Assembly: GCA_011049595.1 (NCBI GenBank)
Contig: DRHN01000500.1
Location: 1 to 49,619, forward strand
Origin: Spirochaetota bacterium
GTDB taxonomy: Bacteria > Spirochaetota > B62-G9 > DRHN01
Direction of reading: 5' to 3'
Length of the DNA stretch: 49,619 nt
The position numbers were made by a program, and so were the translations under genes. Position 1 is the stretch's first letter; each line of letters starts with the position of its first letter. Under the pieces are notes generated by a model. It ran no database searches, was not told the DNA's origin, and saw only the letters and a program-made list of their open reading frames with translations. Below are positions 24,497 through 33,832 of this stretch, one piece after another.

Positions 24497-26359
24497 TCAA
24501 TCTAAAACTCTCAGATTTAAAAACGAAAACTCATTATTCTTATCCAGTCTGAGAGATTCCTTGTACGCCTTCGCAGCTTCCCTGGAATTTCCAGAATAAT
24601 GCTGAGCCACGCCTAAAATCGTGTATAGATCAGAAAGTGCAGAAAAGTCCAGCTTAATATCACTTTCGAGGCATTTTTGTACGGTCCGGATGGCACTCTC
24701 ATATCTTCCAGCCTCGATATATTTCAGCGACAGGTTGAAATAAGCTTCATATCTGTATGGAAAATCACGGACCAATTCATGGTACAGATCAAAAGCCTTT
24801 TGATCGTTTTCTACTTCCGCCTGGAACAGGGACAGCCTGTAGTACTGTCCGGTGTGGTCCACAATATTTTTAGCATTAACCAAAAAATCTCTTGTTTTAT
24901 CAGTATGCCCAGTTTTCATGTAGATCTCTGCGATCTCCATATAGGGTATGTAATTTCCGGGTTCTAAAGACAGCATCCTGTGATAGAGCTGAAGGGCGTT
25001 GTTGTTCAGCTCATTTTCCTGATACAGCTCAGCGGCCATTGAAAGATAGCGCAGATCCTCCCCGGCTAATAGAACCGCTTTTTCAACCAGCTCGCGTCCC
25101 TCGGGCTTCCGTTCAATATTGAAGTAAACATCAGCAAGACATATATAAGGCATAGGTCCGTCAGGGGCGCTGCTTATGAGTTCCTCACTTAAATCGACTG
25201 CTTCACTGTATCTTTTTTCTTTTATATAAATATTTACAAGATTCCTGAAAGCACCTTCATTCTCCGGGTTCTGCAGAGCTTTTATATAATATTTTTCCGC
25301 TTCCCGCAGCTCACCCAGTTTTATGTATATATCACCGATAATGTGCGCGATAGAAGTGTCACCTGTACGCTCGAACATGTCAAGATAAAGATCAAGCGCT
25401 TCAGCTAGATTTTCACTTTTAAACAGAGCCATTCCAAGCAGAGTATCAACATCCTCCTCCTTCAGCGTTCTGTCCACGGATCTCAACAGATCGACAGATT
25501 CCCGGTACTTCTTCTGTTTCATGAGAAGAAGAGCAAGATTGTACCTTAGAACGGGGTTCGATGGGAATACATTCAGGGCAGCTCTCAGGTACCTGACAGC
25601 CCTGATTGGGTCACTTTCCCCTAAAATACTGCTTAGTGTGAAATAGCTTACCCCTTTCAGGCTCTCCTCTGAATCGGGATCCTCAATTACTCTGCTCAGC
25701 AAATTAGCCGCATCCTCCGGTCTGTCGAGATTTAAATATGCTGCAGCTGCATTGATCCTGAACACCCCGTCCACATTTTCATGACCTTCATATATCGATA
25801 ATGCCTTTTCATATTTTCGGGCCGCGTAATAGATATTCCCGAGAAGCAGAAGATTCGGCGCGTATTCTTTCTGCAGCTTATAAATCTTCAACACATTTTC
25901 CAGGGTCAATTCGGGATCACCCATTTTCATATAAGACTGCGCGCTGTTGAACAGAGCGAATACATTTTTTTTATCATAGGAAAGAGACTCTTGAAAATAC
26001 TCAATGGCGCCGCTGTAATTACCCCCTTTATACTCTATATTCCCCAGATAGAGAAAAGCTATGCTGTCCATTTTTTTCCGGTTCGAGCCAACGGAGGCCC
26101 TTTTCAGCAGGATCCGGGCTCTTTCGTAATTTTCTAACCTGTAATGATTTATACCCTCGATGAGATCTCTGTTAAGATAGTCGATACTATCGTCTCGAAA
26201 ACCCTCCCTTTTATTTATCGCGAAATACACCAGAATACTGATTACCAACGGCAGTACGACGCCAGTGTACAGAAGGATCTTCCCGTGTTTTAAATAAAAG
26301 TCTTTTGCCGCAGTTAATAAATTCTTGAAATAGGGAAGGTGTTGTTCCTTTTTATCCAT
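24497..26359 (-). CDS. Membrane-anchored TPR-repeat protein
   Basis: One N-terminal TM segment (ILLYTGVVLPLVISILVYFAI) followed by many TPR-like repeats (A..YL.LG..Y...G.Y..AI..F..AL pattern). Confidence 0.8.
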   Translation of the reverse strand: MDKKEQHLPYFKNLLTAAKDFYLKHGKILLYTGVVLPLVISILVYFAINKREGFRDDSIDYLNRDLIEGINHYRLENYERARILLKRASVGSNRKKMDSIAFLYLGNIEYKGGNYSGAIEYFQESLSYDKKNVFALFNSAQSYMKMGDPELTLENVLKIYKLQKEYAPNLLLLGNIYYAARKYEKALSIYEGHENVDGVFRINAAAAYLNLDRPEDAANLLSRVIEDPDSEESLKGVSYFTLSSILGESDPIRAVRYLRAALNVFPSNPVLRYNLALLLMKQKKYRESVDLLRSVDRTLKEEDVDTLLGMALFKSENLAEALDLYLDMFERTGDTSIAHIIGDIYIKLGELREAEKYYIKALQNPENEGAFRNLVNIYIKEKRYSEAVDLSEELISSAPDGPMPYICLADVYFNIERKPEGRELVEKAVLLAGEDLRYLSMAAELYQENELNNNALQLYHRMLSLEPGNYIPYMEIAEIYMKTGHTDKTRDFLVNAKNIVDHTGQYYRLSLFQAEVENDQKAFDLYHELVRDFPYRYEAYFNLSLKYIEAGRYESAIRTVQKCLESDIKLDFSALSDLYTILGVAQHYSGNSREAAKAYKESLRLDKNNEFSFLNLRVLD

Positions 26360-26415
26360 GATGTTTCAATTTCAGGTATGGTTTTTGTAATATTACACAA
26401 GGGGCGTGCACATGT

Positions 26416-26847
26416 TTAAGGCCCGGATACAAACTGCTGATTGCTGTCCTTGCTTTTACGGATCCCGTCCAGCACTCCATTAACAAATCGATATGAATCA
26501 TCAGTTCCGAACATCTTTGCGAGATCAATTGCCTCATTTATCACAACGGTATCGGGAACATCTTTCTGAAAAAACAGTGAATATGTCGAAAATCTGAGAA
26601 TTGCCCTATCAACATATGACAGCCGATCCAAATCCCAGTGCTCAAGCTGAGTCACGATTTTCTTGTCGATCAACGCGGTTTTCCCCATGGTCCCTATAAT
26701 TAATCCCCGCGCAAAATCCAGCGCGGGCGGGTTGACTTCTTTATCCAGCCAGTCGAAAGTTAAAACATCTTCAATTGTCTTATTACCAATGTCTATCTGA
26801 TACAGGGCTTGAAGCGCAATTATCCGCGCACTTCTTCGCGAACCCAA
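26416..26847 (-). CDS. nusB: Transcription antitermination factor NusB
   Basis: RRSARIIALQALYQ..., RLSYVDRAILRFSTYSL, INEAIDLAKMFG. TTG start 7 nt after GGAG. Confidence 0.9.
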   Translation of the reverse strand: MGSRRSARIIALQALYQIDIGNKTIEDVLTFDWLDKEVNPPALDFARGLIIGTMGKTALIDKKIVTQLEHWDLDRLSYVDRAILRFSTYSLFFQKDVPDTVVINEAIDLAKMFGTDDSYRFVNGVLDGIRKSKDSNQQFVSGP

Positions 26848-26850
26848 TTT

Positions 26851-27843
26851 TTACTCCATTTCGATCATATACTGGATTGAGACAACCTGTTTTTTTTCAA
26901 CCAGCCATTCCCTGAATATTTTTTCTCCATTTTCCTTCTGTAAGTAACTGGTTATGCTTCCATAGGCTTCCTCATAAGAAAGAACTTTTTCTCCCTGCTT
27001 ATTTTCTATTTTGTATATGTAATACCCACCCATGCTCATCATCGGTGAAGCTACATCGCCCATATCAAGAGAAAAAATCAAGGCGGCCCCCTCGGGACTC
27101 AATATTGTCAAAAGCTGTTCTTTTGTAAAAGAACCCTGAAAACCCCCTTTATCTGCACTTTCCGGTGTATCTGAATAAGTTCTGATCAATTCCCGGAAAT
27201 CTGCACCCTGTGATGCCTGTTCATAGATCGCCGTCGCATGACTTTTTATTTCTTTTGCCTCTTTGTAAGACACGTCCCCGGGAACAGGGATAAAAATACG
27301 AGAAAGCTCGACAATTCCCGGGGTTGTAAACAATTTTTTATTTTCAGGAACATCATAAAAAATTTTCACTTCTTCATCTGTAACAATATTGACCCTCTGG
27401 GAAATAATCTGACTGATCAATCTCATCCTCAGCACATCGTTTCGATAATTTTCCTTTAAAACCTCCAAAGAAAGATTCTCGTTTTCAAGCTCCTTAACAA
27501 ACTCCTCTCTTGTCAAATTATTTTGAGTTATCATATTATCCACAATACCATCAAGCTCTTCCTCGGTTACGACGATCCCTTTTTTTTCAGACTCCATTTT
27601 TATCAGGAGGTTATCAATTAGAGCATTCATAACACTTTTTTTTTCGGGGACCGGAGTACCGGTAAACAGAGACCTTAGCTTTTCCTGCTCATACGCGGTT
27701 TCAAAATCCTGGATGGTAATTATTGAACTGCCCACCTTGCATGCGATCCCGTTTATAATTTCAGAGTAAACCGGGTTTAGGACTAATAGGAACAGGGATA
27801 ATAATAAAATCACCTTTCTCATAAAAACCAGCCTCACTCGCAT
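26851..27843 (-). CDS. SurA/PrsA-like periplasmic chaperone with parvulin-type PPIase domain
   Basis: Signal peptide, SurA-N-like helical region, parvulin segment GADFRELIRTYSDTPESADKGGFQG...GGYYIYKIE. The start may be the internal MRK at 27822. Confidence 0.8.
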   Translation of the reverse strand: MRVRLVFMRKVILLLSLFLLVLNPVYSEIINGIACKVGSSIITIQDFETAYEQEKLRSLFTGTPVPEKKSVMNALIDNLLIKMESEKKGIVVTEEELDGIVDNMITQNNLTREEFVKELENENLSLEVLKENYRNDVLRMRLISQIISQRVNIVTDEEVKIFYDVPENKKLFTTPGIVELSRIFIPVPGDVSYKEAKEIKSHATAIYEQASQGADFRELIRTYSDTPESADKGGFQGSFTKEQLLTILSPEGAALIFSLDMGDVASPMMSMGGYYIYKIENKQGEKVLSYEEAYGSITSYLQKENGEKIFREWLVEKKQVVSIQYMIEME

Positions 27844-27985
27844 TTAATCATCAAAGATTAACATAACAGAAATTTCATCATAAAGAAAGAAAAACTGATT
27901 TGCCTGTTATACGAATTCGAAGGAGCCTGGTGCGTTGGGGGACAAATAAGACAAGCTGTCTATACGGGTTTTTATTCAATTTTCC

Positions 27986-28014
27986 TTGACAAAAACACAT
28001 TTATAGATTATTTA
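27986..28014 (+). promoter_or_regulatory. Candidate sigma70-type promoter of metK
   Basis: TTGACA (27986-27991), 17 nt, TATTTA (28009-28014). Leaves a ~70-nt leader before the ATG at 28087. Confidence 0.45.
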
Positions 28015-28086
28015 TGTCGAATCATGCCCGGTACGGGCACCCGGAACTGATCATTATTTCCCGGACAATTAAATTGAGGATACAGT

Positions 28087-29247
28087 ATGAATAAAGCTCA
28101 TCATCTTTTCACTTCAGAATCTGTAACAGAGGGCCATCCTGATAAAGTGGCGGACCAGATCTCCGATGCTATACTGGACAGTGTCATAGAGCAGGACCCG
28201 GCCGGCCGTGTCGCATTAGAAACACTTGTCACCACTGGCCTCGCGTTTGTCGCCGGAGAAATGACGACCAAAGCTTATGTGGATATTCCGAAAGTGATCA
28301 GGGGAACGATCAAGGCAATAGGCTACACAGAGCCGGATCTTGCCTTTGACTGGGAGACCTGTGCTGTTATTTCGAGTATCGACGAACAATCGCAGGATAT
28401 TGCCCAGGGGGTCCTCGGGACAGGGCTTCACCACGAAAAAGGCGCGGGCGACCAGGGAATGATGTTCGGCTACGCTGTCGACCAGACTGATGAGCTGATG
28501 CCTCTTCCGATAATGCTCGCCCATAAAATTCTGCTCAGACTCTCGGAACTTCGCAAATCCGGAAAGATAACATACCTTAAACCTGACGGAAAATCGCAGG
28601 TGACTGTTGAATATGACGAAGGCAAACCTTTGAGAGTCGACACTGTCGTTGTTTCAACACAGCACTCGGCGGAAGTGTCCCACGATGAAATAAGAGAAGA
28701 TATGATCACACAAGTTATCAACCCGATTCTCCCGGAAAAACTGGTCGATGAAAAAAATATTACCTACCACATAAACCCCACAGGAAGGTTTGTGGTCGGC
28801 GGGCCTCATGGTGATTCGGGTGTTACAGGAAGAAAAATCATGGTCGACTCCTACGGCGGTTTCGGCAGTCACGGAGGAGGGTGTTTCTCAGGTAAAGACC
28901 CGACAAAAGTCGACCGCAGCGGCGCCTACATTGCACGGTATATTGCCAAGAATATAGTAGCGAGCGGCCTTGCCACTGAGGCTGAACTGCAGATAGCTTA
29001 CGCAATCGGTGTTGCCCAGCCTGTTTCAGTGAGCATCGACACGCACGGTACCGGCCAGGTGGATGAAGAGGGAATAGTCCGGGCCATAAACAAAGTTTTC
29101 GACCTCACACCCCAGGGAATCATTGAAACCCTGGATTTGAGAAAACCCATCTATAAAAAGACCGCCTCTTATGGACATTTTGGAAGAAATGAGTTCAGCT
29201 GGGAAAAAACCGATAAGATAGAAGATCTAAAAAGGGCAGTAAAATAA
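28087..29247 (+). CDS. metK: S-adenosylmethionine synthetase
   Basis: [59 protein letters not shown]. Confidence 0.97.
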   Translation: MNKAHHLFTSESVTEGHPDKVADQISDAILDSVIEQDPAGRVALETLVTTGLAFVAGEMTTKAYVDIPKVIRGTIKAIGYTEPDLAFDWETCAVISSIDEQSQDIAQGVLGTGLHHEKGAGDQGMMFGYAVDQTDELMPLPIMLAHKILLRLSELRKSGKITYLKPDGKSQVTVEYDEGKPLRVDTVVVSTQHSAEVSHDEIREDMITQVINPILPEKLVDEKNITYHINPTGRFVVGGPHGDSGVTGRKIMVDSYGGFGSHGGGCFSGKDPTKVDRSGAYIARYIAKNIVASGLATEAELQIAYAIGVAQPVSVSIDTHGTGQVDEEGIVRAINKVFDLTPQGIIETLDLRKPIYKKTASYGHFGRNEFSWEKTDKIEDLKRAVK

Positions 29248-29310
29248 TCCTTCAATTACCCTGCACTTGACGGTTTAATTAATAGGACCGCCTGTACTTT
29301 ATTATTCGCC

Positions 29311-30234
29311 ATGAAAAAATTGGTTCTTTTTTTTATTGACGGCCTGGGGCTCGGTCCTGACAATCCCGATTGCAACCCTTTGAGATCACTTTTTGCCAGG
29401 TTAATGTCAGGCAGAAAACTGGTAGACACGGAAGGACCTCTGTTTTTCCCCAACGGAGTGCTGATCCCGACAGACCCGACCATGGGTGTTCCCGGCACCC
29501 CCCAGTCCGCCACCGGTCAGACATCGTTATTCACCGGGGTGAACGCTCAGAAACAGATCGGCCTGCACCTGCCGGCTTTTCCAAACAATGAACTGAAAAT
29601 GCTGATCGAAAAGTACAGCCTCATGAAAATGCTGAGGCAGGGAGGAATTAAATCCACATCGGCCAATCTTTATTCTCAGGAATTCTTCACAAAAAGAAAA
29701 CACCACAGGAGGAACCTTTTTCCAGCGTCCACACTGACAATAAAAGCATCGGGGAGCAGGTTCAGGTTCAGGGATGATTACCTTGCCGGGCAGGCAGTTT
29801 TCGCTGACATAACCAACGAGTTGATCCGGAAAAGGGGATACAAGATCGATCTCATAAAACCCGAGCAGGCGGGACGGAATATGCTCAATATCCTGACAGC
29901 TCACCAGTTTGTTTTTTTTGAATACTTTATGACCGATCTGTACGGGCACAGCCAGAATAGAACGGAGCTAAAAAAATGCAAAGATATCCTGGACCGCTTT
30001 ACCCAGACCCTGTGGAACGGTATCGATAATAAGAGCACCGGAATACTTGTTGTAAGTGACCATGGTAACGCGGAAGATATTTCTATTATAAATCACACAA
30101 CCAATAAGATTCCTACCCTGCTTTTTACATGCAACAGAGAAGCTCAAAAGCTTTTCGCACGGAGAATCAAAAACCTGACGGATATTTACCACACTGTTCT
30201 GGAATACTTCGACGTCTCTTCGACAGCGCACTGA
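29311..30234 (+). CDS. Alkaline-phosphatase-superfamily metalloenzyme (cofactor-independent phosphoglycerate mutase / phosphopentomutase-like)
   Basis: N-terminal FFIDGLGLG, GTPQSATGQTSLFTG, DLYGHSQN, VVSDHGNAED metal-ligand-like motifs. The precise activity cannot be read from the sequence. Confidence 0.55.
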   Translation: MKKLVLFFIDGLGLGPDNPDCNPLRSLFARLMSGRKLVDTEGPLFFPNGVLIPTDPTMGVPGTPQSATGQTSLFTGVNAQKQIGLHLPAFPNNELKMLIEKYSLMKMLRQGGIKSTSANLYSQEFFTKRKHHRRNLFPASTLTIKASGSRFRFRDDYLAGQAVFADITNELIRKRGYKIDLIKPEQAGRNMLNILTAHQFVFFEYFMTDLYGHSQNRTELKKCKDILDRFTQTLWNGIDNKSTGILVVSDHGNAEDISIINHTTNKIPTLLFTCNREAQKLFARRIKNLTDIYHTVLEYFDVSSTAH

Positions 30235-30297
30235 AAACTTATTTTGAACCGCTTTTTTGTGTGTTTTTTGTTTAAAACTATTTGACTGGGGGCTTAT

Positions 30298-31209
30298 TCA
30301 AATACCTGCTTTACCTGAAGAACCGTAGACCTTCATCTTGTACCTGACCAGCTCTTTCATGGATATTTCCCCGCCTGCAAGAATGTCCTCTTTCAGTCCT
30401 GACCCGATACGGTATTTTGGTGATATGTTTTGCGAGCCGGATTTTTGTACACTGTCCATGCCATCGAGGAACGCCTGATTCAAAGCAGTGCCAAGGTTCA
30501 TTTTACACAACCCGCGTTTTATCAACTCATTTATATCTTCGTCAGCTATGCCGCTCCCCCCGTGAAGTGTTAAAGGGATATCCACAACGCGGTGTATACG
30601 CTCAAAAAGCTCAAAATCCAGAGAAACCTTTCCATCCATCAACACTTCCACATTCCCGATGGAGACACCAAGAAGATCTATACCTGTCGCTTCTACAAAC
30701 CGCTTCGCACTTTCAGGGTCAGTTAGAGAATGCGAACCGGTGCGCTGTCTCAGGTCATACTGGTCGGCGGTCGGGAGCTGTCCGAAATTAGCCTCAACGG
30801 AAACACCCTTGAGGTGGGCTTTCGCCACCAGCCTGCCGAACATGGCTATATTCTTGTCTATATCTTCGGATTCAGGTTCAAACATAACAGCGTTAAACCC
30901 CAGGTCTATCCCCTGCAAAGCATGCGCAAGCACCGGCACTTCATTTAAAATAAAGGATACCGGAACCGGGGTAATTTCTGCGGCTATTTTCCCGATTGCC
31001 GCGTAATACAATAGGTTGTCCGGTTTCAATACCCTGTCGGCATTTTTCAGGACCCCGCCGTTAAACCCTATTATCACAGGTGAGCTTTCTTCCTCAGCCG
31101 CACTTACAACAGCTTTTAGAGACTGCAGGTCCCAGGATTCAAAATACCCTACGGCATACTTTCCTTCACGTGCTTTGAGCATCAAATCTGTCATTGCCAC
31201 AAGTCCCAT
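30298..31209 (-). CDS. Class II ketose/fructose-bisphosphate aldolase family protein
   Basis: KYAVGYFESWD, VIIGFNG, LTLHGGSGI..., KMNLGTAL. Start set to ATG 31209 (MGLVAMTDL), 5 nt after GGGGG. Confidence 0.8.
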   Translation of the reverse strand: MGLVAMTDLMLKAREGKYAVGYFESWDLQSLKAVVSAAEEESSPVIIGFNGGVLKNADRVLKPDNLLYYAAIGKIAAEITPVPVSFILNEVPVLAHALQGIDLGFNAVMFEPESEDIDKNIAMFGRLVAKAHLKGVSVEANFGQLPTADQYDLRQRTGSHSLTDPESAKRFVEATGIDLLGVSIGNVEVLMDGKVSLDFELFERIHRVVDIPLTLHGGSGIADEDINELIKRGLCKMNLGTALNQAFLDGMDSVQKSGSQNISPKYRIGSGLKEDILAGGEISMKELVRYKMKVYGSSGKAGI

Positions 31210-31222
31210 TTTACCCCCGCTG

Positions 31223-32659
31223 TTAATCTGTAAGATATTCAAGTCTCATTTTTAAAATCCTTGCTACTTTTTCTATTTCACTGCTTATCTCAGCCTGAAC
31301 CAGAGCAAAATGATGGCACACGCCCGCTTGAGCAATTCGGTTAAAATAGTGGTCCAGGGAAACATTCGGCTTAAACACGGTATGCTCATAGTGGATTTCA
31401 AAGGGAGGCAGGTCCACCGATTCACCGCGCGCCAGCCTCATCTCATACCCGGATTCCGCCCTGAATAAGGTAAGCAGGTTGACCGGACCGGGGTTTGTAA
31501 TAAATTCGGGCAAAACTCCGTGATAAGGTGCCCCGGGGGTTTTGCCGAAATTGACATATTGGGTGCTTCTGAGCTTCGGGCGTGTCCCTTTCCTGGCCAT
31601 GCTGAATCCCGCAGACCCCCCTTCATGACCGCCGAGAACCCAGTTCTTTTTTTCATCAAACATCAAATGCTCCCAGAAATGGACCGGTTTTCCGCAGAGC
31701 TCGTTTATTATCAATGCTGACACAGCTACCGACAGATCGCCCTCGGTGGTGACTATTATTCCTTTGTCGATAAGCCTTGCCATCCCCACACAGGGAATCA
31801 TTCCGCACATAGGTATCATGCCCGGGCCGGTGTCGATCATAATAGCGTCCAGACCGGCTTCGGTCACCAGCTTCTCTAAAGCGATCGCCTGTTTTGCCGC
31901 AAGGGAGATCTCCTCGGGCGGCGGCTCTATTACATCGCACATCTCATAAAGCTCTTCGGTCAGATTTATTGTTTCCGGACCGGGCACCTCCCCCATCCTG
32001 TCCAGAAGCTCCTTTATGTAATGATAACTCAATTTTATCCCGGTCTGACCAATCATGCGGGACTCGTCAGGGTATGTATCATACATCGGCACAACAGCGC
32101 TGCGGTGAGGCAGAAAACCGACCTTTTTGCTTTTAAGGTTTTTTACGCATTTTGCCGCTTTCGCGTAGCTGACAATTTCAGATAAAGCGCGGGGATTATC
32201 AATATGCCCGAACACAAACCCATGATCGTAATCCGGCCACAGCCTTTTAAGGCTGCTGGGAAGCTGGGCCGCGCTGTTGACCCCCCATGTAGTCCCCGCA
32301 TCGGTCAAAGAAAAACTGTCCGGGATGCCCGCTCGGCCCTGGGACAAAAACAGCACGCTAAAAATCCCTTTCAGCTCTCCTATCAGTGCTACGCTCATGG
32401 CATCATCAATATAAGAAGCGTGATACATCAGCACAATGTCAACATCATTTTCCAAAAAGATCTTTCCGGCCTTTTTAGCGTCAGATTCATTCCCGACCAG
32501 AAACGGATAAATTACTTCACAATCAATCTCAAGAGAGTTTTTTAATTTTAATATGTCCTTCTCAAGAGCGCCGGGCAATCCATCCATGCCGCATTCTGTC
32601 CAGTATTGCTCGATACCCCCGGCGAACAGCCCTATTTTAGGTCTTCGGGTTTCAGTCAT
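31223..32659 (-). CDS. L-arabinose/L-fucose isomerase-family sugar isomerase (tentative)
   Basis: N-terminal KIGLFAGGIEQYW... Size (478 aa) and overall layout resemble AraA/FucI-like isomerases, and it is adjacent to an aldolase. No diagnostic catalytic motif recognised with certainty. Confidence 0.45.
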   Translation of the reverse strand: MTETRRPKIGLFAGGIEQYWTECGMDGLPGALEKDILKLKNSLEIDCEVIYPFLVGNESDAKKAGKIFLENDVDIVLMYHASYIDDAMSVALIGELKGIFSVLFLSQGRAGIPDSFSLTDAGTTWGVNSAAQLPSSLKRLWPDYDHGFVFGHIDNPRALSEIVSYAKAAKCVKNLKSKKVGFLPHRSAVVPMYDTYPDESRMIGQTGIKLSYHYIKELLDRMGEVPGPETINLTEELYEMCDVIEPPPEEISLAAKQAIALEKLVTEAGLDAIMIDTGPGMIPMCGMIPCVGMARLIDKGIIVTTEGDLSVAVSALIINELCGKPVHFWEHLMFDEKKNWVLGGHEGGSAGFSMARKGTRPKLRSTQYVNFGKTPGAPYHGVLPEFITNPGPVNLLTLFRAESGYEMRLARGESVDLPPFEIHYEHTVFKPNVSLDHYFNRIAQAGVCHHFALVQAEISSEIEKVARILKMRLEYLTD

Positions 32660-32727
32660 ATTTCCTCCTAATTTTGGTACCAGGATATTAAGAAATAAAA
32701 AGTTTGGTCAATATTGTCGATAATAAT

Positions 32728-33786
32728 ATGATGAGAAAAGAAATTAAAAAAAAGCTGCTTCTCACTTTTTCATATATTGCCCTTTTTAGCCTTTTTGTTA
32801 TTTCATTTCCCGAATACAATGCTGTTTTTTCTAACGACGACCCGAAAAAGCCCCATGTTTCATTGCTGTCAGTTAAATACGGGGCAGGCATTGTTACAAT
32901 ATACTTTGAACCCCTGCTAAACGTAAACCTACGCTACAGAATTTATAGATCGCAATCATTGATAAAAGACGATGCCAGCCTCAATGAGGCAACTTTAGTT
33001 TCCGAGATATCTAAATACGAGCTGCCTTTTAACGATACCCCCGGGACCGACGGTAAATATAATTATTTGATCACTATAGTGGAAAAAGAAATCGAGCACA
33101 TCGTTTTTATTCCATTTCAAAATATGAACATCAATCCAATTGATTATTCACCGTTCCCGCAGATGGTTGAGAGTATAGAAATAAAGCCTGGATCTGAAGA
33201 AAGCGTGGAAATATCTTTCAAGCCTGTAAATCCGGACTCCACTTATTTTCTTTACAGGAGCAACGAGATAATCGATGAAATTACGCAGCATGACTTCAAT
33301 GAAACGACCAAACATGAGCTGATCGGAACGACAAAAGGTGAGGACGCCCATTTTACAATTACATTAGAGGAAAACATTCCCTACTTCTTCGCGATAACCG
33401 TAAAAAACCGAAAGGATGTTTTAAATGAAATTGTTTTTCCAGGCAGGAATATGACCGATGGGCCATATATTTTCGAAAAAAAAGCTAAAACGACAGCCGA
33501 AGTAATAATGGTGACCAATCAAAAGCTGATTGATGATAACCTGAAAGACAACTTCTACCGGGCGGATTACTTAAAAACTCTTGATGGGTTTATTCCGATT
33601 TTGAAAAAAGAAAACCTTACCGCAGCAGAAAAAGCGGTCATTCATTTTTACATGGGACAGAGCCACTACTATCTCGGTAATTATAAAGAAGCAATAAAAT
33701 ACTTCATCCTTAGTAAAGAAGCAACCAAGTACAAAAACATGTCAGAAATCTGGATCGACAGGAGCCTCGCAAAAACAAGGGGCTGA
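32728..33786 (+). CDS. Hypothetical exported/anchored protein with C-terminal TPR-like repeat
   Basis: Start set to MMRKEIKKK. Hydrophobic LLLTFSYIALFSLFVISF. C-terminal AVIHFYMGQSHYYLGNYKEAIKYF. Confidence 0.55.
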   Translation: MMRKEIKKKLLLTFSYIALFSLFVISFPEYNAVFSNDDPKKPHVSLLSVKYGAGIVTIYFEPLLNVNLRYRIYRSQSLIKDDASLNEATLVSEISKYELPFNDTPGTDGKYNYLITIVEKEIEHIVFIPFQNMNINPIDYSPFPQMVESIEIKPGSEESVEISFKPVNPDSTYFLYRSNEIIDEITQHDFNETTKHELIGTTKGEDAHFTITLEENIPYFFAITVKNRKDVLNEIVFPGRNMTDGPYIFEKKAKTTAEVIMVTNQKLIDDNLKDNFYRADYLKTLDGFIPILKKENLTAAEKAVIHFYMGQSHYYLGNYKEAIKYFILSKEATKYKNMSEIWIDRSLAKTRG

Positions 33787-33832
33787 ATAAATTTCTCCCG
33801 CAGGAAAACCCTGCCCGATTTGTGGAAACGCC

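Noticed and set aside
26352-26537. 61-aa minus-strand ORF overlapping the 3' end of nusB.
   Set aside because: It is out of frame within nusB and spans the nusB/TPR junction, with no RBS and no motif.
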